A DNA stretch of 64,000 nucleotides from an uncultured virus (IMG/VR IMGVR_UViG_3300030329_002891) (taxonomy: Duplodnaviria; Heunggongvirae; Uroviricota; Caudoviricetes): the IMG/VR virus record IMGVR_UViG_3300030329_002891; one strand, written 5' to 3'. Below, one piece after another: positions 57,401 to 64,000 of the stretch. The notes under the pieces are model-generated. The model made no database searches, was not told the origin of the DNA, and saw only the letters and a list, made by a program, of their open reading frames with translations. How positions within the stretch are numbered: position 1 is the stretch's first letter; every line of letters starts with the position of its first letter. A program made the translations under genes and the position numbers.

Positions 57401-60091
57401 GCTAGAAAAGGTATTGAAGAAGCTAGTAAAAATAATAATAATTTTGAAATAAAACTACCTGGCAAAAAAGCTAAAAAGAGAATATATTCTGAAACGTCAT
57501 ATAATAATGATCATTTAGGAACAGGTACTGCTAGAATGACATTTGAAAATTGGAATAAAGATAAAGGAATAGATATATCTAAAATAGATAAAAATTCTAA
57601 AACTTATGAAATGTTGTTTGACAGATATAATTCTTATTTACATCAGCTAGGCTTAGTAAGAAATATGGAAAACAATCTTCTTAAAAAACCATTATCTAAA
57701 TACAGTTTAGAAGGATTGTATGATTTAGCTAGAGATTTAAGAAAGATGGATAATACTGCTAGTAAAGGATTGGCATATGAAGTTGAAAAAGAAATAGGTC
57801 AAAAAGCATTTAAAATGCAAGTTGAAGGCTTTAAGAAAACTAGAGACAGGGAAGGGTTTATTGGATTAAAAAAAGCAGGACTTAAACAAGGTTATAAATA
57901 CAATGTGCCTGGAGAAGATGGTGTGCCTCAAGAAGACTTATCTAATTTTAGAGCATGGCTAGGTTCTAACAATATGACATCTAAAAGACCTGAAATACAA
58001 TACTTAATTAACGAGGCTCAAAAAGAATACAGAAAGTATCTTAGAAGTTTTAAAAGATATAAGAATATGATAGAGGGAGCTAATAATGCTTTAATAAGAT
58101 CTAAAATGAAAGGTATTAGCGTATTAGAAAGAGTTAGACAAGGTTTTGATCAGAATGCTCGTTATCAATATATATATGGTAATATAGCAACATTAGAAGG
58201 TGGTAACATTAGACTGTTTACAGAAGAAGAAATAGCAGAAAATTTTGACAACCTAACACAAGAAGAACGTAACTATTATAATCAATATAAAGCTGTAGCA
58301 GAATTATTATTAGGGGCGCAAGAAACAAATGGCACAGTTGTGCCTGGTATGCAGATGGGTGAAATAGAAAATATGTCTAGGAGCGGTTTATTTAGCCTTT
58401 ACGACAGTATGATTGATTCAAGTGACTACAATAGAGTTTTAGTCTATGGAACAGATAAAGACGGTAAGAGGGCTTTAAAAACGTTTTATGAATGGAAGTA
58501 TGATGTATATAAAGGAAGAACTAAAAAGCTAAGACTAGACTCTGGTAGAGAAATATTAGAACTTGACAAATTAAGAACTAAAGCTAAACAATTAAAAGCT
58601 AAAGGTAAACATGAAGACGGTACTGATATTATGCTTTCTGATGCAGAATATGACGCATTAGTTAATAACGGAGCTATGTTAAAAAGAATGGTTGGTTATG
58701 AGGCTACTGGTATAGATGCTGAACTTATACAAGAATACGAAAGAAGAAAAGGTGTTAAAGCACAAAAGATAACATATGATATAAACACTACATTGTTAGA
58801 GTTTGCAAGAGGATCTATATTTAGACACGGAGAAAATCTAAATGAAATACCTGACGGTTTTGCAGGCATGGGTAATTTAGCTATACTTACAGATTCTATT
58901 ATTGCATTTAATAAAAATCTAGACAATAAGAATGCGGTTAACTATTTAACAAGATGGTGGAAAGAAGGATTTATAGAAAGAAAACAACAGCAAAGCCGTC
59001 TTGGAAAGTCAGGAGATAAAGTAATAGATTTATTTGTAAGACTAACATCTTTAAGATTACTTGGGTTTAATATGACTGTTGCTACGGGTAATGTATTGGC
59101 TGGTAAATATCAAGAATTACGTAAGCGAGGGGGTAAACAATTTATAAAAGGAGAAAAAAGATATTGGGTAGATCGTAAAAAATCTTGGAAAATACTTAGA
59201 GAAAATAGAATTATAGAATATAGTTTTGACGACTTTGTACATCTTTCTGAGCCTAAAGGAGTGTTTGGTCAAATAGAAAAACTTTCTTATATATTTATGG
59301 ATAAAACAGAGGGTTATATACAGGGTGCTGCTTTCTTAGGAGAGTTAACAGATCAAGAATATAACACTGGTAATATATCTGAACAGAGAGTAATGCAGAT
59401 AAATCATAAAATATCTACATTGCATGGAGAAGGATATACGGCATTAGATCAAAACATGTTAGCTATGTATTCTTATGGTAGAGCATTGTTACAATTTAAA
59501 AAATGGTTTGTAACCTTAATACAAGATAGATTTAAAGCAGAAGACATAGATAGATTTGGAGAAGTGAATGTTGGTAGTTATAGAGCTGCAGGAGAATTTA
59601 CTGTTAATTTATTTAAACAATTCTTCAAAGGAGAGCTCACAATGGAAAGTATTGTAAATGCATATAACAACTCTAGCGAAAAGAGACAAAAAGAAATGAA
59701 AGCATATATAAACGGTTTAGGTATTGGCGTAACATTGTTATCTTTAATTGCCATAATGGAAGATGATGACGATACAGATCAAGGCACATTAAGAGCGTTG
59801 AAAAAACTTTCTAATGATGTTTTTGTAACAACAGATTTAAAAAGATTTGTAAATTACACTATGGTTCCAGCATCTTTGAGCACAATGAAAAATACTATGA
59901 GAATGATGGAGGAGTCTGTAAGAGGTGATAAAATCAAACGTACAGGCCCTTACGGAGAGGCAGGAACATCTAAAGCTTTAAAGACAGCTAAGTATGACAT
60001 ATCACCTTATGCGTCTGTTAGAAAAAGTATTGCAAATAGATTATATACAGGCCCACAAGAGAAAAAGGAAACTAGTTCTTTAATTAGATAA
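48482..60091 (+). CDS. Giant virion-packaged two-barrel RNA polymerase polyprotein with a zincin-like motif
   Basis: DYIKRAAG, LGIQLEL, RVPAHG...GADLDGD (DLDGD at 55658-55672); HETGH at 51857-51871; size and position match crAss-like virion RNAPs. Confidence 0.85.
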   Translation: MADNEYTSGLNILLGNRANTGQVQPQSPEKDIQDQYDSGMSGLESLIQGAPAGAVENTTLDRYALGQAASGMAADEYSKLDELSYGSAPQQQIVDPAEMISSPGQRVERGLKAGWGDLVKGTGDMVNFMNAWVKPGDPDPSTPIGEYLKKVGTEFQNENALILSEDLQDITFRDMLRGEFWNSKISRLVPYAMSFIVPYGVGASIGRGAAGMLGKWGAKTLKSVSKADKSRTFMGMPVGTMGKGVGMGSSGRQGSGLLGFIAKDLGKKGIAPTKKLRDLGGFVGGGFGANMAEGAYLSGEAYTEMLNETDENGNKLFTPDEAASHAAGVMGDNLKWVAVDALQYGVLFGGLGKNMARRLVSSPAQKEPFKLSVKGLTDFAVRKALPLMPAGAAYASVEGITEGIQETYQEWIKYTAIQEAKGEDYETLTDWVKDGDGVRPEIRDLFWSAVGLGAAMGGSRGFYDANAERQKMLDEKIDLLNNNAKMLDDAKTLDEQYEAEERMFDNVIGFNVWNYDGDGSISVEYINNLVKDGKRSQEWADGKIKDVEQLEKNFEKHSINSILTESGAKAAFFKETRKTKKLKEIEIEKAIYEKDKSIINETYENSKEREEKLAVLKENHSIVIKEKQEELDILKTELQDIYTLRMDKAPIAKKTGKRDARFKKQGLTKEQMQEYSQEAVAEKERLEKGDFTKEEREQKLYELAETDKSFKDWKADLEKEQGEGFLDQFDNKYVMDKLNPSIAKKTVDTVKELGTKAFETAKDLGGKAAEGVKGLFTKTKEVVTSEETKKEVKSNLDKAKNWVEKNLESSKEAISEVIEKAKKEGKTAKDVIKELRVGKKLKGATKQVYDAIEKFAAARIADKEGKTWPEFIKGMFTTPQEGVKKKDQKRIVPKTKDYQKQEESLQEGPRQIKKADISKGPGNTYIIKTPEGDIRYKDFEGASDKYVLGEDTDIELRLKKPIKGQENVVEVDGKLYFQFKKDASLYESEIEVVAKGEVIGKVAQQDYKAKGPTKRAKKADKRAIDKIIAGVKDTKENIKKLLSKSFKDHPQLEITQVNSNHNLYYESGSYASAKVEEIIQKKFPGKRGYVINKRLTDDYGNEVTAYAIGSVVLINEDSVNQSDIIHETGHIYYSVMKNTPLMKRIRKLLYKTKLYEDTKMEYPELILFNYKGDKVTLGNIYENILTEINRDENIAGDLKDIVIEMSDVQGVNDARFNELFNELRIQLKSKGYKESRVDLQEHLIEETFTRTLEAYSYGTADAVLKGSKAQQQLRKDLIEFYKESKKLATEEEARDLLTLSVDNVPTLSLEAAIKHVLLDFSSADRTSPKVENSGYAGGKRAKKSRKQKVTSRSAIYAYISNYTGRNLTDQQITDRVLKDIEKDGKLILEDSKIVEGYIKAVVTQKRRMQEFNNIGELFKTQEDEVDDNQTVDYDEETKNLGVSKSLSQFFRNIIKLHNAKNPDALMDKRDLMYNLMALAKESMNDPYTFYDRVRNHDNTNIQSMLRELDSQFKNDKALTNALLLQVQSPLEGINIETLSHGALQFFKDKYGNVKKRWKKHRTINKSVEGSAINTIMKDVKDNGNKVAQDIADVYNELFSKRNPDSLKDRYAAAQKILDIILDDSGKGKYVYKQALLQNRINFKGERDFLHNILFNYTKKFGTTILDNPSFMPFDKTKQKFIPAVKTQFGNILEPYAWIGDKQGELRAILTEGLIYSRPYNYLSMVDNVQQDGVSIFNKENSLHNRMKNIAEVVQNEITISENDIMHPDNNIYTSMLYKLKADGELANRKGEVFTNPFNLTINSGLMRRFIGEVKDPASLEMANTLNDLTPTELLAYDFFSFLSKYNEGIKNKKETITYDQPIAVFSDKSRRYYIESIIAHNDKNRKLLLSKIKNNPRYNATYKNGKDKVFPFTITNNKIEGIDGAVVKFKKYIKDNKELFQNNEDFNETKNVDAALEAYYTSYIANRFMAQQLFVADHIQTKDQIDYIKRAAGSIAGHTVYDRNIMVEPVIIKDYYKDGAIENDAMGYVLPNQAQAITSKYGVVQKVGSVFKFVYNYTEMEGKHKGKSTYLKFAVHVITPKMESENAHMKNIADVLRARQERVNKISGDPSNLVIAASESAAKMFVGDKNHIYDISPDNFNMDYINAQQDNLYMEGDAKSQMFKFKGLHGEGLGIQLELDKKSDERFFPSQLFYHTATNISNAQEQALVDEMFELRTDVMNINNKQRNEGLIPFNNDSVLKERDLFKSSITEDVYGNLITSMYEYTHPMYPYLNATHNSMATGRITHKGTKMYTKGAIGYQSSSLGYDLKAYEAGLYEGNEKVLASEAIVPEFLEKQGVKRGDVFIGTRVPAHGKVSSSVFIVKDFHDQVPGSASATSNITIPAEVSKNWGADLDGDSIHMNFKWKKGAELNPTKEQAKETNNWKTKSNRFIDAYIDLISRDKKAEITADINFEEDAKIAIKKSKDFYKKGQDKKSSQLTPLGDAKMFEDNVPAKHLVGIIASLQRTFNIMSNSQDALPFDITIKGVDKKVKTTETFNDNKEDKNDPGTWFGVAQLLNIALDNAKWQYAGQLGLDMQSVFSYTMLRRLGYSLNDLSVMFNDPIVKDYMEYKRSKSKNYISNDSEIKQLFEEKSDLFENEFLNFTKNKGIYANLNSIMQQKKIDINLNNLKNSNKKIVKTEQGKVLAMIYSLEKFNQHIINPFSKAFTVHQSIEKNPNELNKVNRAIKEASKPNTNIPLLGKKGIPYTLKDKTINNQIVDHATKLFDTILERASKTDIRYTPYMQDIIEHQDDPTYIPYTNIRQSPKVDSQIINQIIINDLKNNITVLNDGKSPKDLVIEFKDLLKRNPENEFLTKVLEIKTLKNGNDVVVLNSIETGDLVSQARIEEFREAFADLNTDDQNLIFKLEYQFNGFGLTGAYGSAQSFTPFFNKEYIEKINDWIQTIVDNNQTKEPSGTELSQAISDIKNKPQSYDARKGIEEASKNNNNFEIKLPGKKAKKRIYSETSYNNDHLGTGTARMTFENWNKDKGIDISKIDKNSKTYEMLFDRYNSYLHQLGLVRNMENNLLKKPLSKYSLEGLYDLARDLRKMDNTASKGLAYEVEKEIGQKAFKMQVEGFKKTRDREGFIGLKKAGLKQGYKYNVPGEDGVPQEDLSNFRAWLGSNNMTSKRPEIQYLINEAQKEYRKYLRSFKRYKNMIEGANNALIRSKMKGISVLERVRQGFDQNARYQYIYGNIATLEGGNIRLFTEEEIAENFDNLTQEERNYYNQYKAVAELLLGAQETNGTVVPGMQMGEIENMSRSGLFSLYDSMIDSSDYNRVLVYGTDKDGKRALKTFYEWKYDVYKGRTKKLRLDSGREILELDKLRTKAKQLKAKGKHEDGTDIMLSDAEYDALVNNGAMLKRMVGYEATGIDAELIQEYERRKGVKAQKITYDINTTLLEFARGSIFRHGENLNEIPDGFAGMGNLAILTDSIIAFNKNLDNKNAVNYLTRWWKEGFIERKQQQSRLGKSGDKVIDLFVRLTSLRLLGFNMTVATGNVLAGKYQELRKRGGKQFIKGEKRYWVDRKKSWKILRENRIIEYSFDDFVHLSEPKGVFGQIEKLSYIFMDKTEGYIQGAAFLGELTDQEYNTGNISEQRVMQINHKISTLHGEGYTALDQNMLAMYSYGRALLQFKKWFVTLIQDRFKAEDIDRFGEVNVGSYRAAGEFTVNLFKQFFKGELTMESIVNAYNNSSEKRQKEMKAYINGLGIGVTLLSLIAIMEDDDDTDQGTLRALKKLSNDVFVTTDLKRFVNYTMVPASLSTMKNTMRMMEESVRGDKIKRTGPYGEAGTSKALKTAKYDISPYASVRKSIANRLYTGPQEKKETSSLIR

Positions 60092-60124
60092 TTTAAATTA
60101 AGTATATTTGTAAAAATTTAAAAC

Positions 60125-60499
60125 ATGAATGTTAACGATTTATTTAAAGCCTCATTTGGACAGTTTGGCTCTGTTTATTTAACTGGCGATGGAGCTATAT
60201 TAGATTTAGATGGTACATCTGCTAATAGATTTGTAATCGCTATAACAATGCTAGATGTAGTTACTTTTCAAAAATTACAAACTTTAGATGGCTTAGTTAG
60301 CTCTATAACATCATCTACAAATGAAGATGATGCAGGAGATGCTTTTGGGGCATTAACAAATGAAAGCACAAATACAAATATGGATACTATTGAAACAACG
60401 CATGAGTTTCCAAAAGGTATAACTATATATGGCAAATGGGATCATGTTGAATTAAATTCTGGTTCTTGTATTTGTTATTTAGCGCCAGTAGGATATTAA
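60125..60499 (+). CDS. Putative structural protein
   Basis: FGQFGSVY...FVIAITML...FPKGITIYGKW; paralog of the next gene. Confidence 0.6.
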   Translation: MNVNDLFKASFGQFGSVYLTGDGAILDLDGTSANRFVIAITMLDVVTFQKLQTLDGLVSSITSSTNEDDAGDAFGALTNESTNTNMDTIETTHEFPKGITIYGKWDHVELNSGSCICYLAPVGY

Positions 60500-60522
60500 T
60501 ATTAATTTAAAATAAAAATAAA

Positions 60523-60882
60523 ATGGCAAACGTAGATGATTTAGTAAAGAAAAGTTACGGTCAATTAGGATCTGTATTTTCAGATGTAGATGGAGCGATT
60601 ACTCCTCCAACTGGAAAGGTGTTTATAGCCGTAACATTTCTAGAAGACACTACTTTTGATGGTACTAGTGGATTAGTCGCTGATACAAATTACAGAAGCT
60701 GTGAATATATCGGAACAAATGCTGCTGCTCATGATGCTTCTACAGCAACTGTAACCTCTGGAACAGGAGGGGAACAAGTTGATGGTAGTAATACTTTTCC
60801 GCAAGGATTAACTATTTTTGGTCGTTGGACTGAAATAGATATAGGTACATCAGGAAGTCTAATCGCTTATATAGGAGACTAA
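60523..60882 (+). CDS. Putative structural protein (paralog)
   Basis: YGQLGSVF...FIAVTFL...FPQGLTIFGRW. Confidence 0.6.
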   Translation: MANVDDLVKKSYGQLGSVFSDVDGAITPPTGKVFIAVTFLEDTTFDGTSGLVADTNYRSCEYIGTNAAAHDASTATVTSGTGGEQVDGSNTFPQGLTIFGRWTEIDIGTSGSLIAYIGD

Positions 60883-61607
60883 TGTTATCTTTAGGTTCAA
60901 GCTTAAGTAGGCCTTCAATATCAAAAAAGAGTATTGTTAAAGATAATCTTGCTTTAATGCATGACTATACTAATCATGGTATACACCAAGTAAGTACTGG
61001 TGCTGCGTTTTTTGATAACAGCAATACTGATTATATTACAATGGGTGACGTTTGTGATTTAGGCACTACAGATTTTACTATATCTTATTGGGTTTATCTT
61101 ACTGTTGCTGGTAGTCAATTTATTATGGGTAAGCGACAAGGATCAAATGATTATTGGTTTTTTGGCACAAATAGTGGTGGTGGTCCTCGTTTTCTTTCAA
61201 CAGTTGGTGGTAGTACTGCTCAAGATTTAAGCGTTAGTGGTGGTGACCCAGTACCACTTAGAACTTGGACTCACATAGCTGCAAGTTTTGATAGAGATGG
61301 TTTAGAAAAAATATATATAAATGGAGTAGAAAGAGCGTCTGATAGTTGTAACGCTACAGATATAGATAATACTGGTGATTTAACATTAGGTTCATTCTAT
61401 GCTGGAGCTAATCATATGGACGATGGTTACTTGTGTAACGTGGGAATATGGAGCGGAAAAGCTTTATCTCAAGCAGAAATAAAATCTATAATGTGGAAAA
61501 ATTATACAGATCTTACATCTGCAGAAACAACAAGTTTAGCATCATGGTGGAATTTAAGTGAAAACGCAAACGATAATCACGGATCTAATAACGGAACTTT
61601 ATCATAA
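60882..61607 (+). CDS. LamG/ConA-like lectin domain tail protein
   Basis: DFTISYWVY...WTHIAASFD...IYINGV...LTLG...ALSQAEI. Confidence 0.8.
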   Translation: MLSLGSSLSRPSISKKSIVKDNLALMHDYTNHGIHQVSTGAAFFDNSNTDYITMGDVCDLGTTDFTISYWVYLTVAGSQFIMGKRQGSNDYWFFGTNSGGGPRFLSTVGGSTAQDLSVSGGDPVPLRTWTHIAASFDRDGLEKIYINGVERASDSCNATDIDNTGDLTLGSFYAGANHMDDGYLCNVGIWSGKALSQAEIKSIMWKNYTDLTSAETTSLASWWNLSENANDNHGSNNGTLS

Positions 61608-64000
61608 TGGCGACAACAATACAAACAATAGAAACACCGAAACGCGCAAGAGCGTTGGATACATCTGGTAATAACAACCACGGTCAAATATATTCTGGTA
61701 GAGCGTTAGAATTTGATGGGGTTACGGATTACTTTCAACATAATGGAGGTACCGCTATAACAGGAGTTAATAGTTTTGCAGATGGAAGTCCTTGGACTTT
61801 TGCTTGTTGGATGTATTTTAATGATGGTTCAGGAGAAGATTTTTTTGTTGGAAAAGACGGGTCTACCCAACCTCATTTATTATTTCGTCAAAATAGCAAC
61901 GAACATACGTTAAAATTTAGAGATAATAATGCTGATTATTATTTGTTTTCATCAACTGCATTAAATCTTAATACTTGGTATAGAGTAGTTATAACTACTG
62001 ATGGAACCTCTATGACAGCATATGTTAATGGTGTTGTTTATGGAACTATTACGGCTGGTCAAGCTAACGTTGCTGCAAACGATAATTTTGATACTACAGA
62101 AATGAGATTTACTGCTTGGGGAATACCATATGAAACTGGATCTGTTAGACAAAACGCGTTTGATGGCATGATGTCTGATGGTCAAGTTTGGGATACTACT
62201 TGGACTGCAGATGATGTTACTTACGATTACTTAAATCCAGAATCTTTAGCATTAAACAGAGGTGGTACATCACTTACAAACTCTAATCTAAAAATATGGT
62301 ATCCAATGCAAGATGGACACAGAGGCCAGCAATCATATATTTTAGACGCATCTAATACTGGACTTGGAGATAATATAATTGTAAACCCAACTTTTGCTAC
62401 TTCTATAGCTTTAGGAAGTAACGGTAGTGGTTGGGAAGATGAGAGTACTGGATCTTCTACCGCTACTTTTAGTGGAGGTGGAGGTAAACTACTTAGTGAT
62501 GGAAGTAATACTTGTAGACTTAGAGCTCATACAGCAGCTGATAGTGCAAATGTAGTGACTAGTGGAACTACATATAAATTAACATATGATATTATAAGCA
62601 ATAATAGTGTTGCTGCGGATAAATTTAGTTATTATGACGGTAGTAATACTGTAACAGTGTCTGAAGTAGAGGGATCATATGAACTTTATTATACAGCTAA
62701 AGGAACTGTTTTTCAATTTCAACTAACAGATAGTGGTGTAGATTCTGGTGATTATATAATTGTAGATAATGTATATTTATATCCTATAAACGATAAAAAT
62801 AACGCAACAACTGTATTTTATGGGGATGAAGAAGCAGTTAATGGTGATTTTGAAACATTCCCAACTTTACATGCTTCAAATGATGATACTTTCACGGATG
62901 AAAGCGTAGATGGTAGCCAAAACGTAACAATGGTAACTGAAACAAGCGTAGCAAATAATGGTTCAAAAAGTGCTAAGGCTACGTTAAATGATACTAGTGG
63001 GCATATAACTTACAATAAAACAGATTATGTAGTTGGTAGAACTTATGAAGCTAGCGTAGCAATGAGAGCAGGTGGAAGTCAAACTATAACTAATTTTCAA
63101 ATGTATGCTGCTGAGACTATTAGAGGTACAGCTACCGCTGGAAGCGCTATAACACCAACTGGTGGTTTTCAAACAGCATCTGTTACTTTTGTAGCAACCG
63201 CTACAACAATGTTTGTAAACATGAATTTTACTGGTACTAATGGACATTATTCATTTATAGATGATTTTAGTATCAAAGAAGTAGGTACTGCAACAGGTTG
63301 GACAGATGCTGATCAACAATTACATATTCCACAAACAGCGTTGCAATCGTACAATGAATTAGCTTGGTTTGATGGTTATGCAGATTATGTTCAATTATCT
63401 GATCCTTATAATCATAATCTTATTACTGTAAGTGCTTGGGTTTATGTAGGCTGGGAAACTAGTGCACATAAATGTTGGTTTGCTAATAGAGATTCTGCTA
63501 ATGACGGTTTGATGTTGACAGTTTCGCAAACAGAAAAATTATATGCAAAATTTAACGGGCAAACACTTGCTTCCAGTACAAGTATTCCTACAGGAAAATG
63601 GACTCATGTAGTATATACTTATGATGACGCAACAATGAAACTTTATATAAATGGAATGCAAGATAGTAATACCCAAGCATTTACTACTTCAGATATGGCT
63701 GTTACAACCAACGCTAGAATAGGAGTAGATTCTCAAGCTGGTTTGCTTTATGATTTTCCTGGAAGTATAACAGAATTATCTATATGGGCCGCGGCATTAA
63801 CACAGGCAGAGGTTAACGAGTTATACAATGATGGTAAAGCATTAAATGCTACTATTCATTCAAAAGCTATTACAGCAAGTACTAATTTAAAAGGATATTT
63901 TAGAAACAATGGTCTTTCAACTTGGACTGATTTATCTGATGATTATAGTAATAACGGCACATCATCAAGTCTTACAGAAACAATATTAATTGCAGAAGGT
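61607..64000 (+). CDS. Multi-domain LamG/CBM-like tail fibre or receptor-binding protein, 3'-truncated (not in ORF track)
   Basis: TAATG coupling; MATTIQTIETPKRARALDTSGNNNHG...WTFACWMY...WYRVVIT...AYVNG; second LamG segment WTHVVYTYD...LYING; frame appears open to the window end. Confidence 0.75.
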   Translation, partial: MATTIQTIETPKRARALDTSGNNNHGQIYSGRALEFDGVTDYFQHNGGTAITGVNSFADGSPWTFACWMYFNDGSGEDFFVGKDGSTQPHLLFRQNSNEHTLKFRDNNADYYLFSSTALNLNTWYRVVITTDGTSMTAYVNGVVYGTITAGQANVAANDNFDTTEMRFTAWGIPYETGSVRQNAFDGMMSDGQVWDTTWTADDVTYDYLNPESLALNRGGTSLTNSNLKIWYPMQDGHRGQQSYILDASNTGLGDNIIVNPTFATSIALGSNGSGWEDESTGSSTATFSGGGGKLLSDGSNTCRLRAHTAADSANVVTSGTTYKLTYDIISNNSVAADKFSYYDGSNTVTVSEVEGSYELYYTAKGTVFQFQLTDSGVDSGDYIIVDNVYLYPINDKNNATTVFYGDEEAVNGDFETFPTLHASNDDTFTDESVDGSQNVTMVTETSVANNGSKSAKATLNDTSGHITYNKTDYVVGRTYEASVAMRAGGSQTITNFQMYAAETIRGTATAGSAITPTGGFQTASVTFVATATTMFVNMNFTGTNGHYSFIDDFSIKEVGTATGWTDADQQLHIPQTALQSYNELAWFDGYADYVQLSDPYNHNLITVSAWVYVGWETSAHKCWFANRDSANDGLMLTVSQTEKLYAKFNGQTLASSTSIPTGKWTHVVYTYDDATMKLYINGMQDSNTQAFTTSDMAVTTNARIGVDSQAGLLYDFPGSITELSIWAAALTQAEVNELYNDGKALNATIHSKAITASTNLKGYFRNNGLSTWTDLSDDYSNNGTSSSLTETILIAEG

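Noticed and set aside
20536..63247. Short minus-strand ORFs within virion genes (for example 27604, 46049, 53809, 62984)
   Set aside because: They are antisense shadows with no independent expression signals.
1..64000. Stop-codon reassignment (TAG or TGA), known in some crAss-like phages
   Set aside because: Very long genes are intact under the standard code, and TAG and TGA both end genes at sensible boundaries (for example 28168, 9499, 2977).
60882..64000. Diversity-generating retroelement acting on tail genes
   Set aside because: No reverse transcriptase and no template/variable repeat pair is visible in the window.

Overview
This window is part of an AT-rich crAss-like (Crassvirales-related) phage genome, probably environmental or marine, that uses the standard genetic code. 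The host is inferred to be Bacteroidota from repeated TAnnTTTG promoter boxes and A-rich translation starts without Shine-Dalgarno sites. Layout: (i) 1-3379 (+) end of a tail-fibre gene, hypothetical genes and a metallophosphoesterase; (ii) 3408-17870 (-) a complete early/middle arm with many small early genes, DUF932 and DUF1281-like proteins, DnaB, an HU-like protein, a Rad52/Sak annealase, an SSB, a RusA-like resolvase and a RecE-like exonuclease, but no recognisable DNA polymerase or primase; (iii) a divergent non-coding switch at about 17.4-18.0 kb; (iv) 18045-64000 (+) the virion arm with terminase, portal, major capsid, decoration and ring proteins, a split muzzle/stabilisation gene carrying 16 Cys-rich repeats, cargo proteins, a 3869-aa virion RNA polymerase and LamG tail proteins. 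The most unusual signals are non-coding. The first is a tandem array of 64-87-nt structured RNA-like units at 14.1-14.4 kb whose stems co-vary around a conserved AGG-UU-G / C-UU-CCU internal loop, with relatives elsewhere. The second is an early-arm motif (TTTACWATTA), repeated eight times and often fused to terminators, which is a candidate virion-RNAP promoter. All protein calls are from motif recognition by eye; no database searches were run.
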